Source: an uncultured Planctomycetota bacterium
Lineage (GTDB): Bacteria; Planctomycetota; Planctomycetia; Isosphaerales; Isosphaeraceae
Reading direction: 5' to 3'
Length of the DNA stretch: 64,000 nt
Assembly: GCA_963845755.1 (NCBI GenBank)
Contig: CAWJTV010000006.1
Span: 32,001-96,000, forward strand
Under the pieces are notes generated by a model. That model did not search any database and was not told the origin of the DNA. It saw only the letters and a program-made list of their open reading frames with translations. The position numbers and the translations under genes are program-made. Of the stretch, positions 21,755 to 32,546 are shown one piece after another. Each line of letters starts with the position of its first letter. Positions within the stretch are counted from its first letter, which is position 1.

Positions 21755-22707
21755 GAGGGGACTCCTTGATCGGGGGCGGCGAACTGCTCGAACCGGGCCG
21801 CGGCCAGGGCGAGCAGTTCGGGGATGGCGGTAAGGTACCAGTAGGTGTGCTTGACCTGGGCGTGACCGAGGTAGGTCGCCAGTGTGAGGACGGCATGGTC
21901 GAGATCCACGCCTTCGGCATACCAGCGCAGGAGGCGCCTGCAGGCAAACGTGTGACGAATGTCATGGATCCGCGGCGCGCGCCCATCGGGACACGCGGGG
22001 CCGGGCAGGTGCGCGCGGAGACACCGAAACGTGTACTCAACGGCCCGGTAGGAAAGGGGAGCGCCACCTTCGGAGACGAAGAACGCAACGGTTGCCGGGA
22101 GGGGATGGCAGCCGTCCCGGAAGCGCGCGTAGGTGTCCAGGGCCTGCACGGTCGTGGGATGCAGCGCGATCAGCCGCGATTTGTGGAACTTCGTATCGCG
22201 AATCAACAGCGTCCCCTGGCCCCGATCGATGTTGTCACGGGTCAACCCCAAGGCCTCCGAGATCCGCAATCCGGTGCAGCTCAGCAGGCCGATCAGCGTC
22301 GCATAAGTCCTCTGGCGCAGGCCGGTCGGCGACCTCAACCGGCGGGCGGCGGCCAGCAAGGCTCCCAGCTCGGACTCCGTGTAGATGTGGGGGGTGGGCC
22401 GGCGCGGGGCCGGGCCCAGCAGGCCCTCGGCTGGGATCTCGGTGCCGGGGTCGAAGATGGCGCGGTAGCGGGCAAAGACGGGGACCACGCCGAGCCGCCG
22501 GGCCTGGTAGATCGGCGTGGCGTCGGCCGGGAGCCGGGCCCAGCGCACGGCCAGTTCCGTCGTCAAGGGTCCGCGATGACCCGAGTCGTCGGCATAGCGG
22601 GCGAACGACCGGAGCGCCCAGCCCTCGAAGTGGAGCTGCGCGCCGAGCCGATGCCGGGACTCGAGATACGCTTCAACCAGTTCGGTCATCGAGCGGGATT
22701 CGCTCAT
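21751..22707 (-). CDS. ritB: tyrosine recombinase RitB
   Basis: TGLRISEAL, TKFHKSR, RIHDIRHTFA, YLGH, TYWYL. Confidence 0.92.
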   Translation of the reverse strand: MSESRSMTELVEAYLESRHRLGAQLHFEGWALRSFARYADDSGHRGPLTTELAVRWARLPADATPIYQARRLGVVPVFARYRAIFDPGTEIPAEGLLGPAPRRPTPHIYTESELGALLAAARRLRSPTGLRQRTYATLIGLLSCTGLRISEALGLTRDNIDRGQGTLLIRDTKFHKSRLIALHPTTVQALDTYARFRDGCHPLPATVAFFVSEGGAPLSYRAVEYTFRCLRAHLPGPACPDGRAPRIHDIRHTFACRRLLRWYAEGVDLDHAVLTLATYLGHAQVKHTYWYLTAIPELLALAAARFEQFAAPDQGVPS

Positions 22708-23961
22708 AGCTGCTCCTCCGGCCAGGGCAATGCGACCGCGGCGAGGGCCGGCAGGTCGACCTTGGTGTAGATGGCGGTGGTATCGAGCGAGAGGTGTCCG
22801 AGGAGGTCGGCCACCTCCTTGAGGCTGGCGCCATGGCGGTGCAAGCGGGTGGCCGCGGTGTGCCGCAGAACGTGGGTGCCGGCCCACTGGGCGCACCCGT
22901 TCAACCTGAGCATAAGCACGATGCATCGCGGCACAGATCGAATGTCGGCTAATGGCCGTCCCGACCGGCAGGGTGTGGCGGACGAAGACCCGACGGCAGG
23001 CTGTCACGGGTCGGCCCGGCCGGAGGTACTCCGCGATCGCGCAGCCGACCCCCTCCGATAGGGGCAATTCTCTCACCCGACCCCCCTTTCCGCTCACGAC
23101 GCGCAGGATGCCCCCGCGCCAGTCCAGTTCCTCGAGGCACAGCGCCGCGACCTCGCCGCCGCGTAAGCCAAGGTCAACCTGGCAGCGGGCCATGGCATAG
23201 TCGCGGCAACCCGCAGGGGTCGAACGGTCGAATGCGTCCAGGAACCGGCGAAGCTGGTCATCGGACATCGTCCGGGGGAGACGATCCAGCGACCGGCGCG
23301 GGATGCGCGGGACGGCGGCCACCAACGTCGGGGCACAATAGCCGTGGAGTTGGAGGAACCGGAGGAGGCTGCGCAAGGAGCTGGCCACCACTTGGGCTTT
23401 ACCGGGTCGACAGCGGGCAGCGTATCCCTCGACGAAGGTGATCGGGTCCGCGGGACGGAGGTCTACCCAGTCGAGCGGCCCGTCGCCGAACTTGCCGCCC
23501 AGGAACTCGCGGGCGTACTGGAGTCGATAGGAGCACGTCACCTCAGTCAAGCCGCAGATATCGCGGAGGTGCTTTCGATAGCTATCGAGCACCACATCGA
23601 CCGGGGACGGAGGTGAGGCGGGCCGCGGTCGCTGCATCGGCCCACCGGGGAGCCGCATCAGGTGGTTTAGCGCGGCGAGGACGAAGCGGAGTGTGGTCGG
23701 CGCCGGGCCGGGGCAACGGCATGCGGGAAGATGATCGGTCAGGAACGAGCGGATGGTTACCCGGCTGAGTTCCCCAATGGCCAGGTGCTCGGACGCGAGC
23801 CAGCAGCCGAAGTGCTCGACGGATCGAACATATTCCTGGATGAGGTGCGGGGGATGCCCGCGCGCGATGAGGTAAGCGACGTACTCCGGGACCCACCCTC
23901 CCAGAGGATTGGCCCGGATGCGATCCCGGACGCTGGGGCGACGGAAGACGTGGTCGAGCAT
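22704..23961 (-). CDS. ritA: tyrosine recombinase RitA (frameshift near 22900)
   Basis: LGLRGGEV, GKGGRVRELPL, THVLRHTAA, LLGH, TAIYTKVD. Confidence 0.9.
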
Positions 23962-24032
23962 GGATGCCCTCCTTTCGGGTTGCAAGACCGTCGGAGAGCA
24001 TCGCGGATTTTGGGGGCCATCTCAAAGAACTA

Positions 24033-25041
24033 GAGCCGCCTTACGTTTGCATTGCATACGCCGCACGGTGTCCGAACCAGCCCGCGATATCCTCGGGAGT
24101 CACGTCATGCAAGGCCGAGACGAACGCCGCATAGACCGCCTCCTTCGTCCGCGCCGCCATCGATCGCATCGCACCTTTAATCTTCGAGGCCATCTCCTCA
24201 TAGGGCGTCAGGTCCGGACTCCACGGCGGCAACGGCACCAAGTCGGCCCCGGCCCCCGCGACAGCCTCGGCCGCCTCCTCCGACTGGTGCGACGACAGGT
24301 TGTCCCAGATGACCACGTCGCCGGGCTTCAACTCCGGGACCAGGACATCCTCCACGTAGTTCTCGAACATGGCCTGATTGGTGGCGCCCGGGAAGGCCAA
24401 CGCCGCCGTCACCCCGGAGAGGCGAACCCCGCAGGTGAGCGTGATCGAATCCCAGTGGCCGGGGGTATCGGTGTAGACGCGCTGGCCCACCGGGGCACGG
24501 CCGTAGGTCCTCGTCATGGACGTGTTGGCCCCGCATTCGTCCACGAAAACCAGCCGGTGCGGGTCGATGCCGGAGAGGGCCTCACAGAAATCCCGCCGTT
24601 TCTCCTGGACCTCCGGGCGATCCTGCTCGTTCGGCGCGGGACCTTCTTCTTGCGCGGCAACCCCAGCTTGTCCAGGGCGCGACAGATGGCGGCGGTGCTG
24701 CAAGCGACGCCGAGGCGCTTTTGCAACTCTTCGAGGGTGGCGTCGGGCTGCTGGCGGACCAACTCGCGGAGCCGCTCGTAATCCTCCGGTCCCAGCGCCG
24801 GCGGATGACCGCCGCGGTGGGGCTTGGGCGCGATCGAGCCGGTCCGGCGGTGGATCTGCAACAAGCGAACGACGAACGAGAGGCTGACGACGAAGCGGCG
24901 AGCGATCTGACGGATCGAGCCCTCGCCGCGCTCGACCGCGTCCAGGACGCGTTGTCGGAGATCGTGGGAATACGGGGACATGGGTCACCTCCTCACGAGA
25001 ATCTCCGTTCAAATCGTATGCCATCCAACCGTTCGGCGCTC
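24033..25041 (-). mobile_element. IS630-family element, copy 2
   Basis: TA flanks; near-identical to 7240-8248; transposase 24981 to 24041 in two frames. Confidence 0.93.
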
Positions 25042-25216
25042 TAACAGGGCGAAATCCGGCTCAAAGGCGTCGATCTCGGCATTCGGCCGCTCTGAACTCC
25101 ACATAATCTCATCCCAGCCCCTCCAGGTTCGGACGCGTCTGAGGCTTCATCCCAAATTGCTTCGGTGTCGTCGGACCGACGCGCGCAGAGCTCCGTTCCG
25201 CAAAACGCCCGTGAAT

Positions 25217-25274
25217 CCAAAACTAACCGCGTCCCCGTTCCCGTCCCAAAACTGACCGCGCCTCCGTTCCCGTC
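25217..25274. repeat. 29-bp tandem duplication
   Basis: CCAAAACTAACCGCGTCCCCGTTCCCGTC / CCAAAACTGACCGCGCCTCCGTTCCCGTC. Confidence 0.8.
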
Positions 25275-25289
25275 CCCCGCGTTTTTTAT

Positions 25290-26843
25290 GACACTCCTCG
25301 CTGAACACCACCGCGAGATTTGCCGACGATAAGCCGTTTTGCTCTTGAAAGTTAGGGCCTGCGTCCCCGTGAATGAGGATTGGAGACCCCTCACCACGGA
25401 GGACGCAAGCATGGGCACCGAAGCACCCACCATCGTCACTATACCGGTCCACTGCGCACCCAAGAAGGCCCCGTGTCCCCAGTGTGGCAAACACGGCCGC
25501 CGCAAACGGAAGCTGCCACCGCGCCGGGTCCGCACCGTCATGTACAAGGCGATCGCCTACCTGGAGATCACCTGCGGCGAGTATCAGGCCCGGTGTGCCT
25601 GCTGCACCACGTTCCGCAATACCCTCGATGATGTCCTCCCCAGGGCCCTCTACGACAACAAGGTCCGCGACTTGGTCCTGGACCGCATCCTCAAGGATGG
25701 AATGAACATCGAACAGACCTTGGAGTCGTTGCGCCGCGAGTTCGTCCTCGAGCTCTCCACGGGCTTCGTCTACGACGTGCTCCGCCAGCGGGTCGAACAA
25801 CTCAATTTGGCAGCGCATCGTCGGATGGTCCTGGAGCAGTTCAGCGGCACGCTCTGCGTCGATGAGTTGCACCTGGGGCGATTCACGTTGCTGCTGGCCA
25901 CCGACCCGATCCGCGACCTGCCGGTGGCCTTCGCCTTGGTCGGCGCCAATGATCAGGAGCACATGCGGCGGTTCCTTCAGAACCTCAAGACCTGGGGCCT
26001 GATGCCCCAGGTCGTCATCACCGACGGCTCGAATCTCTACCCGGCTGTGCTCGAGGGACTGTGGTCCGGGGCCGACCATCAGTTGTGCGTCTTTCACATC
26101 CTCAAGGAGATCAATAAGCTGGTCCTCGATGCCGTGCGGCGGCTGCGGATGGCGATGAGCGGCCGCGGCCGGGCCGGGCGAAAGAAGAAGCGGGGCCGCA
26201 AGCCGGCCCGGGGCCGCAAGCCGGCCCGGCGCCGCGCCGCGGCCCGGCGGGGCCTGACGCTGAAAGAGAAGTCGGCCTTCGTGTTCCGGCACCGGCATCT
26301 GATCGTCAAGCGCCGGGAGAAGCTGACCGAGTCCGAGCGGGACGATCTGGCGCGGATGGTCTCGTACCTGCCGGAATTGGTGACCCTGCGCCGCTTCGTC
26401 GATCGGATCTATTGGCTCTTCGACACGCCCAAGGACTACCATCAGGCGAGCTGCCGCCGGGCCGTGATCGTGAAGGATCCCGCCTTCCAGGGTGTCCCCG
26501 AGTTGGTCAAGGCGCTGGAGCAATTGAGCCTGGAGAAGTTCCCCAAGATCATGGCGTACTTGAACAATCCGGTGAGCCAGCGGGTGCGAACCAACAATCA
26601 CGTGGAGCGGACCAACCGGATGGTTCGGTCGTGGGAGAAGGTGCGGTACAAATGGCGGCGGCGGAAGACGCTGGTCCGGTTCGTGGTCTTGCGGCTGGAC
26701 GCGATCTGGAGCCAGGAGAGTTCGAGGGAGGCCCAGGAACCGAAGGCGCACAAGCTTCTGTCAGGACGAAGGACACAGCATCCTTCGGGTAAAGAATCAC
26801 GTCGAGCGGCGTGAGAATACGGTGGTGTTCGGCGAGGAGTGTC
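25290..26843 (+). mobile_element. ISL3-like element
   Basis: 24-bp IRs GACACTCCTCGCYGAACACCACCG (23/24); AT-rich 8-bp flanks TTTTTTAT/CTTTTTAT. Confidence 0.9.
25411..26814 (+). CDS. DDE transposase, ISL3-like, with N-terminal zinc finger
   Basis: CPQCG..CACC, LCVDE, VITDGS, QLCVFH, TNNHVERTNR. Confidence 0.88.
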   Translation: MGTEAPTIVTIPVHCAPKKAPCPQCGKHGRRKRKLPPRRVRTVMYKAIAYLEITCGEYQARCACCTTFRNTLDDVLPRALYDNKVRDLVLDRILKDGMNIEQTLESLRREFVLELSTGFVYDVLRQRVEQLNLAAHRRMVLEQFSGTLCVDELHLGRFTLLLATDPIRDLPVAFALVGANDQEHMRRFLQNLKTWGLMPQVVITDGSNLYPAVLEGLWSGADHQLCVFHILKEINKLVLDAVRRLRMAMSGRGRAGRKKKRGRKPARGRKPARRRAAARRGLTLKEKSAFVFRHRHLIVKRREKLTESERDDLARMVSYLPELVTLRRFVDRIYWLFDTPKDYHQASCRRAVIVKDPAFQGVPELVKALEQLSLEKFPKIMAYLNNPVSQRVRTNNHVERTNRMVRSWEKVRYKWRRRKTLVRFVVLRLDAIWSQESSREAQEPKAHKLLSGRRTQHPSGKESRRAA

Positions 26844-26863
26844 CTTTTTATACCCTTTTTATA

Positions 26864-27097
26864 CTCGTGGCTCGGTTCACGAGTAATACGCGACACTCCC
26901 AGGAGCAGACCCACCTCTTGATCGAGGTCACGAGTGAGGCTAGCAAACATGCAGGGCTACTCACGGATTCGGTCATCTCCTGCGTAAATCTCGCGACCAT
27001 CCACGAGACTCGGATCGATCGAACGATCGGAAGCCTGCCTGCATCGGTCATGGCCCTGGTCGATGCCTGCCTGAGGGTAGCCTTGGCGTTGCCGTGA
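26864..27097 (+). pseudogene. PemK/MazF toxin C-terminal remnant
   Basis: FTSN...AGLLTDSVISCVNLATI..IGSLP..VDACLRVAL; N-terminus and antitoxin absent. Confidence 0.75.
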
Positions 27098-27126
27098 TGC
27101 GGTCATAATGGTGGTCCCTTCGCGAA

Positions 27127-28529
27127 TCACTTCGGTCGCCATCCGCCCGAGGCGGAGGTGTCGGTCACGACCGGCGTCTTTCCCGTGTCCAGATCGGCCG
27201 AGCCGTCATCGGGCAGGGTTTGCAGATAGGTCCCCACCAGGGCTTGATCAGAAGACGGATCTGTCCCATGCTCTCGTCGGTACGTTTCTTCGGCCAGCGT
27301 CAGGATCAGGTCGTGATACCCCCTTCGTTCTCGATTACGACCGGATGGCGAATACCAATCGTTCAGGAACGGGTCGGTGTCCCAGGTCGTGAGGAGCCAG
27401 CCCGCGAGTTCCTGAGGGGTGAGCGCGCGGCGCCGGCCGGCGCCTGGGGACTGACGGGGTAGAGTAGCAAACCAATTCTCCCGGATCTCGCGTAGACTCG
27501 AACGGCCGGGGGCTTTGTCCGCATTGCCGGGTCTTCGACATGCCCAAGCCAATTGGCGAAGACCAGCCGGGTGGCCCGCCGGCTTCGTTCGGGCTCTCGC
27601 GATGCGAAGTGGTGCGCGATGAAAACGTAGACGGCCAGGTCGGGAGGGAGTTGATAGCTCCCCAGGCGATAATCGAAGTCGTCCCTCATCGAATTGGCGA
27701 CCTCGTCATGACGTGGCTGTTCCAGCATTCTCATGATGAACAAGTAATCCAGCTTAAGCGAGAAGGCATCCCACTCGGGCCTTGGCTGAGTCGTGATGGC
27801 CTCGTCCAGGGCCTGCCGAAGCAGCGGGACCGCGGTCCGCCGATCGGCGGACCAGCTCTCGAGGCGGGGCTTTACCTGGGCAAATAGTCGGTTGGCGATC
27901 GTTCGTTCGATCATGCTCCCCCGGCGTCGAAAGTGCGTCAACACGCGGAGCATCGCACGATAGCAGTCCCAGGCGCCGGCCTGATCACCGCGTTCCTCCC
28001 GCCGCGAGCCTTCCAGGAACGCCAACCAAGCCAGCTTGTCGGGCTCGACATACCGGTATTCAGGAAAGTAACCCCCGCCGACCCGCGATACGAGCCCATC
28101 CGATTGATTGGCAGCATCCTGAAACAGTGCGAGCGCTGGTCCATTCGCCTCGACCCATGCGCGGAGCCTCGGAGCGGCCTTCGACCAGCCGACCGTCGCT
28201 GCGCTGTCTCGCACCTTCTGCGGCAAGTCGGGCAGCGGTGTCAGCTTCTGATTCGCCCGCCGGAGAAACGTGAAGGCATTCTGCTCGTCGGGGATCTGGA
28301 ATCGCTGAAACGCTGCGACATCGAACGGATCGCCGATGTCCGGGAGCCCATTGAGGCTGTTCAGCCACCAGATCCCGAAGATCCCGGCGACCAGTGCCAG
28401 GAGGAGAGTCAGGACCAGAGTGATCCACGCGAGCTGTCGCAGCCGCTTACGCAGCAATTGAAGCATCTTCTGCGAACCGCGACTCGGCACTGCCGGAGGA
28501 GCTACGGTCACTTCATCCGAACTCGACAT
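27127..28529 (-). CDS. membrane-anchored hypothetical protein (frameshifts near 3' end)
   Basis: N-terminal TM helix then LPDIGDPFDV; continues in ORF 27127..27552. Confidence 0.65.
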
Positions 28530-29151
28530 GCGACTGCCCTCTCCAGGTGTCACCGGGTGTCCGCGGGAATGCAGACGTCATTCCGATGGCAGTTTCCCGA
28601 CAATTGTAAGATCAGGAGGAGATCCGATCAACCGGCATCATCCATCCGGGTGCAGTCGCGTTCCTGTGGGTGCCGATCCAGGGGCAAGGCGACCCGTCCC
28701 CGGACGCTCGAGAGCGACCCCGCCGCCGATACCCAGAACGCCCCGCTCGACCGTCTCCGCTGACGAATGCCCCTGGCCGTTGCGACCCGGCCTCCGCTGG
28801 CCCTCCTGCCCGTACGGCCTCATCCCTTCCACGGGACGGCTCATCGGCGCGATCGGTCTCTCGACCGCCACGCTGCCGGTGCGCGTGGCGAATGAGTGCA
28901 GACCGAGGCTCGGCTGACCGCCCTCCGGCACAGGATCTTCGACGGCAAACTGGACCGGGCTCGGCCCGATTTCCTAAGGGAGGTGCGGTGGTCGGACGTT
29001 GCGGCCGCAGCCCGACAAAGTGGCCCTGGTACCCCTCCGAGCCTGGCGAGTGGCCCCGATCGGCGGTCCCAGCGAGCGCAAGCCGCGTGCCACCCTGTCG
29101 GCTCCGTGGCAGCCCTGAGGGTTGCGCGCTTCGGTGTCGTCGGACGAATGG

Positions 29152-29739
29152 GTGCGCCGTGGCCAAGGTTTGTCTGGTCTTGTCGGGAGTGCCCCGACCC
29201 CGCTGGAAGAAGGCGGGTCAAACGTTCCGCCTACCTTCAACCGAAAGGATCGAGGGGACCACAGCATGCGGAAGAAGCGACGTGAGGCCCAGCGTCAAAG
29301 GGCCAAGAGTCGTTCGCGAGTTAGGCCACGCAGGGGTAAGGCTGGATTGCTTGAACTCCAGTCCCAGGGGGTGTGACCGACCGCCGCCGGGAAAGACGCG
29401 GAAACCCGGATTCCTGTCTCCCGGGGATCGGCCATTCGCCCCCGTGATCTTCCGGCAGGACACACCCTGCAATGAGCAGGGGCAAGGGATCAACGGAGGC
29501 CCTCAACGTGGAACGGACCTGACAGACAACCACGGGATCGCCTAAAGGTCGCAAGGCCCAGGGCGACAGAGTCCCCGTAGTAGGCATCGGCCCAAGGGGG
29601 ACAGGACACAGGGCTTCACCAAGAACGGGGTGACTCGGATGAGTCATTCAGCCCTGCTCAGGCTTGAAGCGCTGCGGAAGTGGTTGGACCGTGACACCAA
29701 TGTAGATCCTGTGTCTGGAGAGCCGGATGCACGAAAACG
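29152..29739 (+). ncRNA. ORF-less group II intron A (5' end to first half of domain V)
   Basis: GTGCG start; EBS1 CCATTCG (29432-29438) complementary to exon CGAATGG; short ORF stub; ends GAGCCGGATGCACGAAAACG. Confidence 0.8.
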
Positions 29740-30471
29740 GTGCGCCGCGGAACGCGGTGTTGAATCCCTGACTCAGACAGGAGGAGCTCGGAGGGTTGCT
29801 CCTGGGTCATCCGATTGACCTGAAGGCGAAAGCCGGAGGGGAAAGGAGCATGTCGGAAAAGCGGGGGCCACTGGAAGACGCTGAAGGTGTCGTCCCGCAA
29901 GACCCGCGTGATAGGGCGAAAGCTGCATTGCCTGAATCCCAATCCCCAGCGGTGGAAGACGCACACCCGCTGCTACAGCGTCTGGAATGCAGCGCCACCA
30001 GGGGCGGATCGTTCGCGTTTTGCGATCGGCCACCTCCGACTGGCGGGGCGATGAAGAACGACTTCATTGAAGGGGATGAGTGGGGCGCCTCAGTCACGCT
30101 CGATACGTTCAACACCAACGGAACGTGGGATGGCCTAACGGGCGCGAGCCCCAGGGTCACGGAGTCTCCGTAGTAGTCCGAGGTGGGGAAAGCCCACCAC
30201 ATGGCGAAGGGAGACAGGTAGTCTGACGACCGAGACGTCAAGGTACGCGAGATGCGGTACGCCGAAACGATCTTGGGAGTTATCAGCGAACGTGGCGGCA
30301 CACGTTCAAAGCATAGACCACTGGCGAGCTGCTTGAGATCGAAAGACTCACGAGCGGTTCTGAGGGGGGCGGACGGAAAAGGACACAGCCGGTTACCCGT
30401 CACTGCCGCGGCATGACGAGCCCATAAACGAACTCCGGCATAAGCCGCACCTCGCCGGCCGCCTACCCTAC
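29740..30471 (+). ncRNA. complete ORF-less group II intron B (IIA-like), inserted in domain V
   Basis: GTGCG start, domain V GAGCTGCTTGAGATCGAAAGACTCACGAGCGGTTC at 30326-30360, CCCTAC end; RT stub MRYAETILGVISERG. Confidence 0.88.
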
Positions 30472-30603
30472 CCCGTCCGGTTCGATGAGCGGGGTGAGGA
30501 AACGGGGCATGGTCGAGATGGTGGGACACCCGCAGACGAAAGGGCGGGCTAACAGGGGAAAACAAACTTCGACCTAAACCACCGCGCCTCACCTCGACTC
30601 TAC
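30472..30603 (+). ncRNA. 3' end (second half of domain V plus domain VI) of group II intron C
   Basis: CCCGTCCGGTTCGATGAGCGGGG...CTCGACTCTAC. Confidence 0.85.
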
Positions 30604-30855
30604 ACGGAGAAAAAACCAACGGACTTGGCTCGTAGCCCCAGATCCACCGGGTTTTTCCTTCTCGAAACCCGTCTCTGGGGCCCTGATTCGAGAAATCGCA
30701 TTCGAGAACGGTTATCGAGAACCCAGAACTCGGGGAATTACGCGGGATCGGCCGAAACCCTTAAGGCTTCTCGATTACCATCGTTTGCAAGAGAGGCTCT
30801 GAACACCTGTTATCCGGAAGATCGTTGTTTTTTTCGCGATTACTATCGGAACCCC
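30604..30855. mobile_element. small non-autonomous element with 38-bp GGGG-type IRs; left IR cut by the intron
   Basis: Right IR 30818-30855; inner 23 nt of left IR 30604-30626; five internal TCGAGAA copies. Confidence 0.65.
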
Positions 30856-31159
30856 ATGTCCGTCGCGCGGGCGCTCAAGAGTGGGCCTGCACCGGGCCGA
30901 ACCCCAGGAATCGCGGGAGAAAGGGTACCGCCTCAAGCATGGCGGCGATCGGACGGACGAGAGGCCTGGCGCGTGTCGCATCGCGAAGGGATTCCGTTGC
31001 TGCTCGATCGCCACGTCCGACCATCCGGATTGCTCGCCAAATTGTCATGCAATAGTATGATATATTCTCTGGTGCCACTGTAATCGCGCAAGTCGCTGGG
31101 GCCGTTCGATCACGGGCATTTCATGGGGCGGCAAAAGGTGGGGCGACGCAACGCCATTT

Positions 31160-31174
31160 TGGCTCGATTTTTGC
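31160..31174 (+). promoter_or_regulatory. sigma54 -24/-12 motif
   Basis: TGGCTCGATTTTTGC upstream of the desaturase. Confidence 0.65.
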
Positions 31175-31262
31175 GACATGTTGAAGATGGATCGTGCCGA
31201 TATGAGGCCCGCCTGGCAATGCCTTTCACCCGACAGGATTGCATCAAGAAAGGAGGTCCGCC

Positions 31263-32237
31263 ATGACCGAGCCGCCCGACCCGAATGAGTCGACCGAACT
31301 GCCTGTCGCCGATCCCAATGCCGAGTTGCCGGCCCCTGACGAGGCCCCGGAGCGGATCTCGCTGGCTGTGCGACTGGCGGTCCTCGTCGTCATCATCGTC
31401 CCACTCCTCGGTGTGGTGGCCGCCCCGTTCATCGTCTGGGGCTGGGGATTCCGCTGGACCGATCTGGGCCTCCTGTTGAGCCTGTACGTCTTGACCGCCC
31501 TGGGGATCACCGTCGGCTACCACCGGCTGTTCGTCCACCGCTCCTTCGAGACGAACATCGTGGTCAAGTTCGTCTTCGCCGTCCTCGGCTCGATGGCCGT
31601 CCAGGGGCCGCTCCTGATGTGGGTCGCCAAGCACCGCCGACACCACCAGCACGCCGACACGGCGGGCGACCCACATTCGCCCCACGGCCACGGCGCAGGC
31701 GTCCTCGGCGTCTTGCGAGGCGTCTGGCACGCCCATATCGGCTGGCTGTTCGATCCCGACCCGCCGGACCTCGACCGCTACGTCCGGGACTTGAGACGGA
31801 GTCGTGCCCTGCGGGTGGCGAACGTACTATTCCCCGTGTGGATCGCCCTCGGCCTGCTGATCCCGGCAGCCCTCGGGGGGCTGATGACGAGGACGTGGGC
31901 GGGCGCCTGGACGGGCCTCATCTGGGGTGGGGTGGTCCGCATCTTCCTCGTCCATCACGTGACGTGGAGCATCAATTCGGCCTGCCACCTCTGGGGCCTG
32001 CGGCCCTATCGGAGCGACGACGAGAGCCGGAATAACGCGGTGTTCGGAGTCCTGGCGATGGGCGAGGGGTGGCACAACACCCACCACGCCTTCCCGACCT
32101 CGGCGCGTCACGGGCTGCGGTGGTGGCAGATCGACGTGAGTTACTGGGTGATCTGGGCGCTTGCCCGCCTGGGGCTCGCCTGGGACGTGAAACTCCCGAC
32201 CATGCAGGCCCAACGTCAGCGGCAACGGACCGCTTGA
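31263..32237 (+). CDS. acyl-CoA (delta-9-type) fatty acid desaturase
   Basis: His boxes HRLFVH, HRRHH, HNTHH; GEGWHN; AGGAGG RBS. Confidence 0.95.
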   Translation: MTEPPDPNESTELPVADPNAELPAPDEAPERISLAVRLAVLVVIIVPLLGVVAAPFIVWGWGFRWTDLGLLLSLYVLTALGITVGYHRLFVHRSFETNIVVKFVFAVLGSMAVQGPLLMWVAKHRRHHQHADTAGDPHSPHGHGAGVLGVLRGVWHAHIGWLFDPDPPDLDRYVRDLRRSRALRVANVLFPVWIALGLLIPAALGGLMTRTWAGAWTGLIWGGVVRIFLVHHVTWSINSACHLWGLRPYRSDDESRNNAVFGVLAMGEGWHNTHHAFPTSARHGLRWWQIDVSYWVIWALARLGLAWDVKLPTMQAQRQRQRTA

Positions 32238-32300
32238 GCGGCGGGGGTCGAGGACAGCTCCCATCGTAAGGGGGAAAGGAAACGGGTCGCTCCGTCTCAA

Positions 32301-32337
32301 TCCTCCCCCTGACGAAGGGGGGATCCAGGAGGGTGAA
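32301..32337. repeat. degenerate REP of the C-run/TTGCGAA/G-run family
   Basis: TCCTCCCCCTGACGAAGGGGGGATCCAGGAGGGTGAA resembles the REP reconstructed at 44433/46037-46066. Confidence 0.6.
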
Positions 32338-32461
32338 TTCGCAGCGACCCAAGGGCCTGCGCAAAGCAATCGTTACGCGCTCTCGGCGGGTGACTCCGCG
32401 GAAAAACCTGGCCGATCGCAACGCGGCTTTTCCATCGGGCAGCCGGCGGCCCCATTACTGA

Positions 32462-32521
32462 CTATTTCAAAACGGGGACTGGCTCCGGGTCTCCGAGGTG
32501 CCAGTCCCCGTTTTGAAATAG
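32462..32521. repeat. perfect 22-bp inverted repeat between convergent genes; degenerate copy at ~34863-34920
   Basis: CTATTTCAAAACGGGGACTGGC-N16-GCCAGTCCCCGTTTTGAAATAG. Confidence 0.85.
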
Positions 32522-32546
32522 CCTCTTAACCAGAGTCGCGGCGAGT

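Larger units (their letters stand above)
20631..25107 (-). mobile_element. RIT element (three tyrosine recombinases), interrupted upstream by IS630
   Basis: Three ATGA-overlapping integrase genes; palindrome CCTTATGCTGAGCTCAGCATAAGG at 20632; ATTATGCGGAGT (~20676) inverted as ACTCCACATAAT (~25095); far end uncertain. Confidence 0.85.

Noticed and set aside
21751..23985. 744-aa double-integrase ORF
   Set aside because: A frameshift near 22900 joins RitA to RitB; the true RitA end is in ORF 22704..22934.
26191..26228. 18-bp tandem repeat in the ISL3-like transposase
   Set aside because: In-frame RGRKPA duplication in a basic linker; no sign of function.
5631..30855. The intron 5' end at 5630 and the 3' end at 30603 as halves of one inverted copy
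   Set aside because: The flank after the right IR (ATGTC) does not match the IS1182 flank (GGGCT); separate copies are more likely.
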